In this document: piece after piece, positions 9,029 to 17,000 of the stretch
Layout of the letters: each line of letters opens with the position of its first letter
Position numbering within the stretch: the first letter of the stretch is position 1
Assembly (NCBI RefSeq): GCF_001758365.1
Contig: NZ_LZFO01000025.1
Coordinates: 1-32,000, forward strand
Direction of reading: 5' to 3'
DNA length: 32,000 nucleotides
Source of the DNA: Clostridium acetireducens DSM 10703
GTDB lineage: Bacteria > Bacillota > Clostridia > Clostridiales > Clostridiaceae
Notes under the pieces: generated by a model
Told to the model about the DNA's origin: nothing
What the model saw: only the letters and a program-made list of their open reading frames with translations
Databases searched by the model: none
Made by a program: the position numbers and the translations under genes

Positions 9029-9250
9029 ATATCGCTCTATTTTTAAGCTATATAATATTTAAAATAATATAAAAATATTATTGCAATATCTATTTTTTAT
9101 GGATTTATTTTTATGGGTTGGATTTATTTTTATGCATATTATATTTAATTATATGCTCATTTAGTAAATTTAATATAAAAATAATCAATGTATTAAATTT
9201 ACAAATTATATTAAAAAAGCCAAATGAATTTGTATGTTTATTTTACATTA

Positions 9251-10039
9251 CTAATTTAATTTAAGCAAATTTTTAACATTTAAGATAGTTGCTTCAGATA
9301 GTTCTTTTTCATCTATACTTTTTATTTCTGCTATTTTCTTTATTATATATGCTATATAATCTGATTTATTCCTTTTTCCTCTAAATGGAGTAGGTGCCAT
9401 ATATGGACAATCTGTTTCTACTAATAATCTATTTAATGGCACTTCTTTTACAACTTCTACTACTTTCTTAGCATTTTTAAAAGTAACTACTCCTGTAAAT
9501 CCTATATAATACCCTAATTTTAAACATTCTTTTGAAAATTCTACACTTCCTGAAAAGCAATGAACTACTCCTTTAACATTAGGAAACATTTTCAAAATCT
9601 CCAAAGTATCTTTATGAGCTTCCCTATCATGAATAATTACAGGTAAATCAAGCTCTTCTGCTAACTTCATTTGATTTATAAAAGCCGTTTTTTGTACTTC
9701 CTTTGAAGGATTTTCATCATAATAGTAATCTAATCCTATTTCTCCTATAGCTTTAACCTTATTGTTTTTAGCAAATTCTCTTAACTTATTTATAGTTCTT
9801 TCATTTACTTCTTCTGCAAATTCAGGATGAATTCCCACTGCAGCATAAATAAAATCATATGTATTTGCCAATTCCACAGACATTTTTGCACCTTTCATGG
9901 AAGATCCACAATTTAAAATTCCTATAACATTATTTTTTCTTAAATTTTCTATAATACTATGCCTATCTTCATCAAAACTCTCATCATCATAGTGAGCATG
10001 AGAATCAAATATTTTTAAATCTACCATTACTTTAATCAA
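9251..10039 (-). CDS. tatD: TatD-family metal-dependent hydrolase/DNase
   Basis: Motifs DSHAHYD, GEIGLDYYY, IHDREAH, HCFSG and ETDCPYMAP. Confidence 0.92.
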   Translation of the reverse strand: MIKVMVDLKIFDSHAHYDDESFDEDRHSIIENLRKNNVIGILNCGSSMKGAKMSVELANTYDFIYAAVGIHPEFAEEVNERTINKLREFAKNNKVKAIGEIGLDYYYDENPSKEVQKTAFINQMKLAEELDLPVIIHDREAHKDTLEILKMFPNVKGVVHCFSGSVEFSKECLKLGYYIGFTGVVTFKNAKKVVEVVKEVPLNRLLVETDCPYMAPTPFRGKRNKSDYIAYIIKKIAEIKSIDEKELSEATILNVKNLLKLN

Positions 10040-10074
10040 CTCCTATTAGCTTATTATATCAAATTTAAAGCAAT

Positions 10075-10112
10075 AAAAACTCTATATTAGAAAAAACTAA
10101 TATAGAGTTTTT
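10075..10112 (-). terminator. Rho-independent terminator after the glucosaminidase gene
   Basis: aaaaactctatattag (10075-10090) pairs with ctaatatagagttttt (10097-10112), a 16-bp stem flanked by A/T runs. Confidence 0.7.
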
Positions 10113-10113
10113 A

Positions 10114-11049
10114 TTAATATAAATTATTGTCAATATCATATTTCCATAAATCATATTTTTCTATTATTTCACAAACTTTACTTGCGTAATTAGGATCTGT
10201 AGCATATCCTGCATTATGTATAGATTGAATTTGTTCTTTGTAATTTTGTGCTTCAAACACTCCTGCCTTAGCATACCAAGGTCTACTATACAAAAATTTA
10301 CCGTGATCTTCTATTGAATCTTCTATACTACTATATACTCTCCATCCAGTTACTATATTAACTACTTTGCCATCTACCCATTCTTTAGTTGGAAAATCTT
10401 TTTTACTGCCTGTCCAACTTTTATCTGCTTTTATTCCAAATAAATTGTTACATTCTATAGCTTTATCACTTGTCCCCCATGCGGATTCTAAAATAGCTTG
10501 TGCTATAGTTACTGATGGAAATACTTTATATTTATAATAAGTTTGTTTTGCTCCATAAGATATTTTTTGTATAAAATCTTTTTGAGAATCTAACAGTGTA
10601 GTAGGTGTATTTGTAGAAGGTATGGGTACTATTTCATTTTGATTTTTAACCATAACTTTGCAAATTACACCATTTTTAATTTCCTCATTATTAATAGATT
10701 TAGCAAAATTATTTACTATTAAATAATATACTTGTCCATAAGCTAAATTATCTTTAGGAACAACTTGTATATCTTTTTTATCTAAATAATTAAAGTATAT
10801 AGGTACTTTATTTTGCAAAGAAGAATCTAATAATTCTATACATTCATTATTTACACATTCACTCTTAATATCTTCTGAAAAGTGTATAACAAATTTTTTA
10901 TCTATTGGAACATTGTTTAAACTATATTCTAATTTATAATCTGGATACTTTGTTTTTAATATCTCATCTTCAAAAGCCAATACTCTAAATTTAATTGAAA
11001 AAATTATACTTAAAGCAAAAACTAGTATAAATATATTTTTATGTTTCAT
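10114..11049 (-). CDS. Secreted GH73 mannosyl-glycoprotein endo-beta-N-acetylglucosaminidase with an N-terminal beta-rich (Ig-like?) domain
   Basis: Signal peptide, then GH73 signatures AQAILESAWGTS, NNLFGIKA and GYATDPNYASKV. Confidence 0.85.
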   Translation of the reverse strand: MKHKNIFILVFALSIIFSIKFRVLAFEDEILKTKYPDYKLEYSLNNVPIDKKFVIHFSEDIKSECVNNECIELLDSSLQNKVPIYFNYLDKKDIQVVPKDNLAYGQVYYLIVNNFAKSINNEEIKNGVICKVMVKNQNEIVPIPSTNTPTTLLDSQKDFIQKISYGAKQTYYKYKVFPSVTIAQAILESAWGTSDKAIECNNLFGIKADKSWTGSKKDFPTKEWVDGKVVNIVTGWRVYSSIEDSIEDHGKFLYSRPWYAKAGVFEAQNYKEQIQSIHNAGYATDPNYASKVCEIIEKYDLWKYDIDNNLY

Positions 11050-11103
11050 AATTTATTTTCCCCCTTATGCAAAGACAAACATACAATTTAAAATACACTT
11101 TAA

Positions 11104-11133
11104 ATTATACTAAATTTTCTATTAATATTTCAA
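11104..11133 (-). promoter_or_regulatory. Sigma-A type promoter for the glucosaminidase gene
   Basis: On the minus strand, TTGAAA (11128-11133), an 18-nt spacer and TATAAT (11104-11109). Confidence 0.5.
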
Positions 11134-11168
11134 TAGAATATATGAAAATTTTAGAATATTTAGCAAAT

Positions 11169-11200
11169 AAAAAATCCTTATGAAATCATAAGGATTTTTT
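11169..11200 (-). terminator. Rho-independent terminator after metG
   Basis: aaaaaatccttatga / tcataaggatttttt is a perfect stem with a T-run. Confidence 0.75.
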
Positions 11201-11204
11201 ATTT

Positions 11205-13148
11205 CTACCTAACTATGCTTCCTGTTGGTAAATCATTTTCTATTGTAACTATTTGAAGTTTACTATCATCTTCCGTAGAAGAGCAAAGTATCATTCCTTG
11301 AGATAATTCTCCTCTTAATTTTACAGGTTTTAAATTAGCTACTACTACAACATATTTTCCTACTAATTCTTCTGGCTTATAATACTTAGCTATTCCAGAT
11401 ACCACTTGTCTTTCTTCTCCATTTAAATCTAATTTAAATTTTAATAACTTATTCGCATCTTTTACAGGTTCACATTCCTTAATCTTAGCTAATCTAAGAT
11501 CAACTTTTTCAAAATCTTCTATAGTTATTTCATCTTTTATAGGCTTAATATCATTAACTTTATTTTGAACCTTTTTCATTTGCTCTTCTTTTAACTTATT
11601 AAGTTCCTCTATTTTCTTTTCAACATCTATTCTTGGAAATAAAGCTTCTCCCTTTACAACTTTAGTTCCTGCTCTAGTTCCATCAAAGGATGCTATACTA
11701 TCCCAAGTTGTAAGTTCTATATTTAGTTGTTTATTTATTTTTTCACTTGTTTCCGGCAAGAAAGGAGAAATTAATGTAGATATTATTCTTAAACTTTCTA
11801 CTAAATTATATAAAACTGTTCCTAACCTATTTTTCTTACTTTCATCTTTAGCAAGTATCCATGGAGTTGTTTCATCTATATATTTATTAGCTCTATTTAT
11901 AAGAGCCCAAATATTTCCTAGAGCTTCTGGAATTTTAAATTCATTTATACTTTTTTCTGCTTTAGTTGGAGTTTCTAAAGCTAATTTTATAAGTTCATTG
12001 TCTATATTTTCTTTTTCAACAGGAGCTGGAATAACTCCATTAAAATATTTTTCAACCATTGCCACTGTTCTTGATAATAAGTTTCCTAAATCATTTGCTA
12101 AATCAGAATTTATCTTTTTAATAAATATTTCATTATTAAATAATCCATCTGAGCCAAATGGTATTTCTTTAAGAAGATAATACCTAACTGGATCTGTTCC
12201 AAAGTTGTTTACTAATACTACAGGATCAACTACATTTCCTTTAGATTTTGACATCTTTCCACCATCTACTAAAAGCCATCCATGACCAAACACATGCTTT
12301 GGTAATGGCACTCCTAAAGCCATAAGCATAATAGGCCAATAAATAGTATGAAATCTTAAAATATCTTTACCTACAAGATGTATATCTGCTGGCCAATACT
12401 TATTTAATAATTCTTCATTGCCACTTTCATAACCTAAAGCAGTTATATAGTTAGCTAATGCATCTATCCATACATATATAACATGTTTTTCATCAAAGCT
12501 TACAGGTATTCCCCAATCAAAAGAAGTCCTTGATATACATAAATCTTGAAGTCCTGGCTTTAAGAAATTATTTATCATTTCATTTTTTCTAGCTTCCGGT
12601 TGAATAAATTCTGGATGATTGTTTATATGTTCTATAAGTTTATCTGCATATTTAGACATTTTAAAGAAATATGCTTCTTCTTTAGTTTTTTCCACTGGTC
12701 TTCCACAGTCAGGACAATTACCATCTATTAGTTGAGTTTCTGTCCAGAATGATTCGCAAGGCGTACAATACCATCCTTCGTAGTATCCCTTATATATGTC
12801 TCCTTGATCATATAGTTTTTTGAATATTTTTTGCACTGCTTCTTTATGATAATCTTCTGTAGTTCTTATAAATTTGTCATAACTAATATTCATAATTTCC
12901 CATAAATCTTTTATACTTGCTACAATTTTATCTACATATTCTATAGGTTTTACTCCTTTAGCTTCTGCTAATCTTTGAATTTTTTGTCCATGTTCATCTG
13001 TTCCTGTTAAAAACATTACATCATAACCAGTTAATCTTTTAAATCTAGCAATTGCATCTGCTGCTACAGTAGTATACGTATTTCCTATATGCAAATTAGC
13101 AGATGGATAATAAATTGGCGTAGTAACATAAAAAGTTTTCTTACCCAT
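11205..13148 (-). CDS. metG: Methionine--tRNA ligase with a C-terminal tRNA-binding (Trbp111/EMAP-like) domain
   Basis: HIGN (ANLHIGNTYT), KMSKSKGN, and the zinc knuckle CTPCESF...CPDCGRPV. The C-terminal segment is VDLRLAKIKECEPVKDANKLLKFKLDLNGEERQVVSGIAKYY. Confidence 0.97.
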   Translation of the reverse strand: MGKKTFYVTTPIYYPSANLHIGNTYTTVAADAIARFKRLTGYDVMFLTGTDEHGQKIQRLAEAKGVKPIEYVDKIVASIKDLWEIMNISYDKFIRTTEDYHKEAVQKIFKKLYDQGDIYKGYYEGWYCTPCESFWTETQLIDGNCPDCGRPVEKTKEEAYFFKMSKYADKLIEHINNHPEFIQPEARKNEMINNFLKPGLQDLCISRTSFDWGIPVSFDEKHVIYVWIDALANYITALGYESGNEELLNKYWPADIHLVGKDILRFHTIYWPIMLMALGVPLPKHVFGHGWLLVDGGKMSKSKGNVVDPVVLVNNFGTDPVRYYLLKEIPFGSDGLFNNEIFIKKINSDLANDLGNLLSRTVAMVEKYFNGVIPAPVEKENIDNELIKLALETPTKAEKSINEFKIPEALGNIWALINRANKYIDETTPWILAKDESKKNRLGTVLYNLVESLRIISTLISPFLPETSEKINKQLNIELTTWDSIASFDGTRAGTKVVKGEALFPRIDVEKKIEELNKLKEEQMKKVQNKVNDIKPIKDEITIEDFEKVDLRLAKIKECEPVKDANKLLKFKLDLNGEERQVVSGIAKYYKPEELVGKYVVVVANLKPVKLRGELSQGMILCSSTEDDSKLQIVTIENDLPTGSIVR

Positions 13149-13480
13149 TATAAATTCCTCCCTTTATGTATTTATATAATAAAAAAACCTCTATGCAGAT
13201 ATATCTACATAGAGGCGTATTAACGCTTTACCACTCTAATTTATCTTTATCTCACAATAAAGACCTCTCTAAGTGACTATTACACTTCTAAAGAAGCTTT
13301 TCATCACTTTGCATTTATAACGGCTGCGTCCCGTATTACCTTACTTAAAATTTCAGATAATATGCTCAAGGTCCATATTCATAAACTTCAGCATTGCTAG
13401 CTTTCACCTAACCCAGCTCTCTTTTAACACATTCATTTATTACTCTTCCTATCATAGCATTTAAACTTACATTATTATAT
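13149..13480 (-). promoter_or_regulatory. T-box leader (tRNA-sensing transcription attenuator), probable Met specifier
   Basis: Read on the minus strand:
- Stem I elements AGUA, AG-bulge AAGAGAG and distal GGUGAAAG.
- The T-box core AGAGUGGUAAAGCG (core at 13224-13233).
- The terminator CCUCUAUGUAGAU...AUCUGCAUAGAGG plus 7 Us (13181-13216).
- A candidate AUG specifier at 13374-13376. Confidence 0.85.
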
Positions 13481-13481
13481 A

Positions 13482-13510
13482 ATGATAGTATATAAAATAA
13501 ATTTTGTCAA
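13482..13510 (-). promoter_or_regulatory. Sigma-A type promoter driving the metG T-box leader
   Basis: On the minus strand, TTGACA (13505-13510), a 17-nt spacer and TATCAT (13482-13487). Confidence 0.55.
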
Positions 13511-13599
13511 TATATTGATATAAATTATTATTACCTAATCAATCTTTTTTATTCTTATACTAAATATTAATTTGCTTTCACTACCTATTATTAAATCCT

Positions 13600-14169
13600 T
13601 TATTTAATTTCTTCACATAATTCTTCATATTTTTTCTTTATACCTTTTAAATCACTCCAAAACAATACTTTTTTACTTTCATCTCTAAATAAAGCTGCAG
13701 GATGAAATGTAGCCATCAAATATATTCCCTTTTTTTCTACCCATTTTCCTCTATCCCTAGTAATTTTCCAATCTTTATCTATAATATACTTCATTGCCGT
13801 AGCTCCTAAGCATACTATTATTTTAGGCTTTACTAAAGCTACTTGATTTCTTAAATAAGGCAAACAAGCCTCAGCCTCTTGTTCAGTAGGAACTCTATTG
13901 TTTTCTGGTCTGCATTTGCAAATATTACATATATAATAGTGTTTTTCTCTATTTAAATTAAGAGCTGTTAATCCTTTTTCTAAAAGTTGTCCTGCTCTTC
14001 CTACAAAGGGTCTTCCTAATTTATCCTCGTCTGCTCCTGGAGCCTCTCCTATAAACATTAAATTAGCTTTAGAGTTACCTTCTCCAAACACCATATTATT
14101 TCTTTTTTTAGCTAAATTACATTTATCACAATCATAACATTCTTCATATAGTTCTCTCCACTTTAACAT
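13600..14169 (-). CDS. Family-4 uracil-DNA glycosylase (Fe-S type)
   Basis: [23 protein letters not shown] motif, an N-terminal CxxC pair plus later Cys residues, FHPAAL near the C-terminus, 189 aa. Confidence 0.9.
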   Translation of the reverse strand: MLKWRELYEECYDCDKCNLAKKRNNMVFGEGNSKANLMFIGEAPGADEDKLGRPFVGRAGQLLEKGLTALNLNREKHYYICNICKCRPENNRVPTEQEAEACLPYLRNQVALVKPKIIVCLGATAMKYIIDKDWKITRDRGKWVEKKGIYLMATFHPAALFRDESKKVLFWSDLKGIKKKYEELCEEIK

Positions 14170-14286
14170 TATTATGCACCTCTATATAAACATTAACATT
14201 AATTATATTTTACCATATGTTTATATTATAATAGTAACAACTTTTTATTTTTATATTTATTCTTATTTAACAAAATTAATATATAT

Positions 14287-14321
14287 AAAAGACACCTTAT
14301 AATTAGATTAAGGTGTCTTTT
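14287..14321. terminator. Terminator closing the oxidoreductase operon
   Basis: aaaagacacctta (14287-14299) pairs with taaggtgtctttt (14309-14321). A/T runs lie on both sides. Confidence 0.75.
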
Positions 14322-14351
14322 ATATATATTATTCAGTTTTTTCACTTTATT

Positions 14352-14888
14352 TTATATAAAGTTATATCCTATCTTAAATGCCTTTGTATTCATTGCCTCA
14401 AATTTTTCTTTTCCCTTTTTTCTAAACATATCATTCATTCCATTTAATGCTTCTTCTTCTGTAAAATCTTTTGATACTTTTACTATTACTGCTGCCATTA
14501 TTATATTTGCACCTTTAGGATGATTTGCATCTTTAGCTAATTTTACACATGGAACTTCTATTATTGTAATATCATCTCTTTTATTTTCTTTAGTGTCTAC
14601 CATATCACTATTTACTATAATAGTACCACCTGGTTTAACTAAAGGAAGAAACTTGTTAAATGATGGAGTATTCATAGCTAATAATATGTCTGGTTCTTCT
14701 TGTGAAGGATTATATATATATTCTTCACCAAATTTTACTGTACAATTAGCTGTTCCACCTCTCATAGCTGAACCATATTGTGGAATCCATGTTGCATGAT
14801 ATCCTTTGAAAACAGCTATTTGAGAAATTAATAAACCTGATGTAAGTACTCCTTGTCCACCTGCACCAGCAAATACTATTTCTTTCAT
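14352..14888 (-). CDS. 2-oxoacid:ferredoxin oxidoreductase, gamma subunit
   Basis: N-terminal GAGGQGVLT motif, 178 aa. Its start lies 2 nt downstream of the beta subunit stop. Confidence 0.9.
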   Translation of the reverse strand: MKEIVFAGAGGQGVLTSGLLISQIAVFKGYHATWIPQYGSAMRGGTANCTVKFGEEYIYNPSQEEPDILLAMNTPSFNKFLPLVKPGGTIIVNSDMVDTKENKRDDITIIEVPCVKLAKDANHPKGANIIMAAVIVKVSKDFTEEEALNGMNDMFRKKGKEKFEAMNTKAFKIGYNFI

Positions 14889-14890
14889 AA

Positions 14891-15631
14891 TTACTTTCCC
14901 TCCCTTGTCTTAAATTCCCCTAATGAAAAGTATGGAATAAGTTCTTTATCTATTCTTTCCATAGCATCTTTTGCTGACATGCCCCAGTTTGTTGGACATG
15001 CTGAAAGAACTTCTACTACTGAATAACCTTCACCATTTAGTTGAGCTTCAAAAGCATTTTTTATATATGATTTTAATTTATTAATATGAGCAGGTGTGCT
15101 TACACTTCCTCTAGCTGCATATGCTACATTATATTGACTAGCTGCCAATTCTGGGAACTTTATAGGATATCCAGTAACTTCACAGTTTCTTCCTAATGGT
15201 GATGTAGCTGTTTTTTGTCCTGGCATAGTAGTATTACTCATTTGTCCTCCAGTCATACCATAGTTTGTGTTGTTAATTATAATTGCAGTAAAGTTTTCAT
15301 TTCTATAAGCTGCACTATTTGTCTCTGCAAGACCTATACTATATGCATCTCCATCTCCTTGATATGCTATTACCATGTTATCAGGATTAACTCTTTTCAT
15401 AGCTGTACATACAGCACCTGCACGACCATGTGAACAGTGTAATCTATCTGCTTCTAATCCTCCACCTAATAAACTAGAGCATCCTACACCTATTCCATAT
15501 ATTACATTGTTATCTTGACCTAATTCTTCAAGACATTTTGCTATTAATCTAAGTACAATACCATGTCCACATCCTGGACAAAAGCCCATAGGTCTGTCTA
15601 TTAAATATGGTACTACTCTCTTCTTTGTCAT
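14891..15631 (-). CDS. 2-oxoacid:ferredoxin oxidoreductase, beta (TPP-binding) subunit
   Basis: N-terminal Cys motif CPGCGHG and the TPP motif GDGDAYSIG...NNTNYGMTGGQ. Confidence 0.9.
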   Translation of the reverse strand: MTKKRVVPYLIDRPMGFCPGCGHGIVLRLIAKCLEELGQDNNVIYGIGVGCSSLLGGGLEADRLHCSHGRAGAVCTAMKRVNPDNMVIAYQGDGDAYSIGLAETNSAAYRNENFTAIIINNTNYGMTGGQMSNTTMPGQKTATSPLGRNCEVTGYPIKFPELAASQYNVAYAARGSVSTPAHINKLKSYIKNAFEAQLNGEGYSVVEVLSACPTNWGMSAKDAMERIDKELIPYFSLGEFKTREGK

Positions 15632-15632
15632 A

Positions 15633-16691
15633 TTAATACACCTCCTTCATTTCGCCTGCAATAACTTTACGAAAATCTTCTTTAATTGTTTTTGTTGCAG
15701 GAATGCCATATACATGTGGATTACAATAAACAGGTATATTAGCTTTTTTCTTTTTCTTTATAGTCAATGCAATATCATCAACTAATTGTCCAGTAGCATT
15801 AGATTCTATTGAAATTACTCCTTTTAAATTTGGATTCAAATCTTCAAAAGCTTTTTCTGGGAAAGGCCATGCAGTTATAGGTCTAATAAATCCAACTTTA
15901 TGTCCTTCTGCTCTAAGTTGCTCTACTGCTCCTTTTGTTGATCTACCAGGTAAACCATATGCAACAAATACATAGTCTGCATCTTCTAAATAAGCAGATT
16001 CCCATCTTTGTTCATTTGCTTTTACAGTATTATATTTTTCATTAAGTAATACTGCTTCTTTCATACTATCTCTATCAAATATACCTATCTTCTTGTTAGT
16101 ATATTTTCCATCAAATCCCCATGGATATCTTTTTATTTCTCTCATTTCAGGTAATTCACAAGGTTCCATCATTTGACCTAATGCACCTTCTGTCATTATT
16201 ACAGATACCATTCTATATTTTTCAGCTAAATCAAAAGCTAAACCAATTAGCTCTACAGCTTCTTGAATACTAGACGGACATAGTACTATACATCTATAGT
16301 CTCCATTTCCTCCACCTCTTGTTTCTCTTAAGTAATCACATTGAGCTGTTAATAAAGTTCCTATTCCATTTCCATATCTAACTACATTTAGTACTACTGC
16401 TGGTAATTCTTCATCAGAAAGTGTAGTCATACCTTCTTGTTTTAAACTAATTCCTGGTCCTGATGATGCTGTAAAAGCTCTAACTCCGCATGATGATGCA
16501 CCTATTACCATATTTACACCAGCAATTTCAGATTCTGCTTGGATAAATGTACCACCAACTTCATCCATTCTAGTTGAAAGATATTCCATTATCTCTGTTG
16601 AAGGAGTAATAGGATATCCTGCATAAAGTCTTGCACCAGCTCTTATAGCAGCTTCTGCTATAGCTTCATTTCCTTTTATCATGTCACCCAT
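15633..16691 (-). CDS. 2-oxoacid:ferredoxin oxidoreductase, alpha subunit
   Basis: N-terminal GNEAIAEAAIRAGARLYAGYPITPSTEI is typical of OFOR alpha subunits. 352 aa. Confidence 0.9.
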   Translation of the reverse strand: MGDMIKGNEAIAEAAIRAGARLYAGYPITPSTEIMEYLSTRMDEVGGTFIQAESEIAGVNMVIGASSCGVRAFTASSGPGISLKQEGMTTLSDEELPAVVLNVVRYGNGIGTLLTAQCDYLRETRGGGNGDYRCIVLCPSSIQEAVELIGLAFDLAEKYRMVSVIMTEGALGQMMEPCELPEMREIKRYPWGFDGKYTNKKIGIFDRDSMKEAVLLNEKYNTVKANEQRWESAYLEDADYVFVAYGLPGRSTKGAVEQLRAEGHKVGFIRPITAWPFPEKAFEDLNPNLKGVISIESNATGQLVDDIALTIKKKKKANIPVYCNPHVYGIPATKTIKEDFRKVIAGEMKEVY

Positions 16692-16712
16692 TTTTTCTTT
16701 ACCTCCTTTTAA

Positions 16713-16928
16713 TTAATTATCACCTAATACTTCATATACTCCATCTGGACATACAGTGTAACAAACACCGCAACCAATGCATTTATCATGGTCTATTATA
16801 GTGTATCTGTATCCTTGTTCATTTATCTCTTCTGAAAATGATATAGCTTGTTTTGGACAATTATTTACACAAAGACCACACTCTTTACATCTTTCTGGTT
16901 TGGTTTTTACTTTAATATTCTCTTGCAC
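16713..16928 (-). CDS. 2-oxoacid:ferredoxin oxidoreductase, delta subunit (2x[4Fe-4S] ferredoxin)
   Basis: Two CxxCxxCxxxCP motifs: CKECGLCVNNCP and CIGCGVCYTVCP. 71 aa. Confidence 0.85.
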   Translation of the reverse strand: MQENIKVKTKPERCKECGLCVNNCPKQAISFSEEINEQGYRYTIIDHDKCIGCGVCYTVCPDGVYEVLGDN

Positions 16929-16957
16929 AATTACTCCCCCTTTAAATTTATTATTCT

Positions 16958-16978
16958 AACAGGAACAGTGTTCCTGTT
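16958..16978 (-). other. Intra-operon hairpin between the MFS gene and the oxidoreductase delta gene
   Basis: aacaggaac-agt-gttcctgtt is a perfect 9-bp stem that is GC-rich for this genome. No adjacent U-run follows on the minus strand. Confidence 0.35.
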
Positions 16979-17000
16979 GATGAGCAAAATTATTTTGTTA

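Noticed and set aside
9163-9201. 11-bp inverted repeat gtaaatttaat / attaaatttac downstream of tatD as a terminator
   Set aside because: The stem is almost entirely A-T, the loop is 17 nt, and there is no clear U-run, so predicted stability is too low to call.
8962-9250. Possible cyclic-di-AMP (ydaO-type) riboswitch or long leader upstream of yabE, as found for related cell-wall genes
   Set aside because: The consensus promoter leaves a 5' UTR of only about 35 nt. The rest of the gap is almost pure A/T, without the conserved G/C-rich helices.
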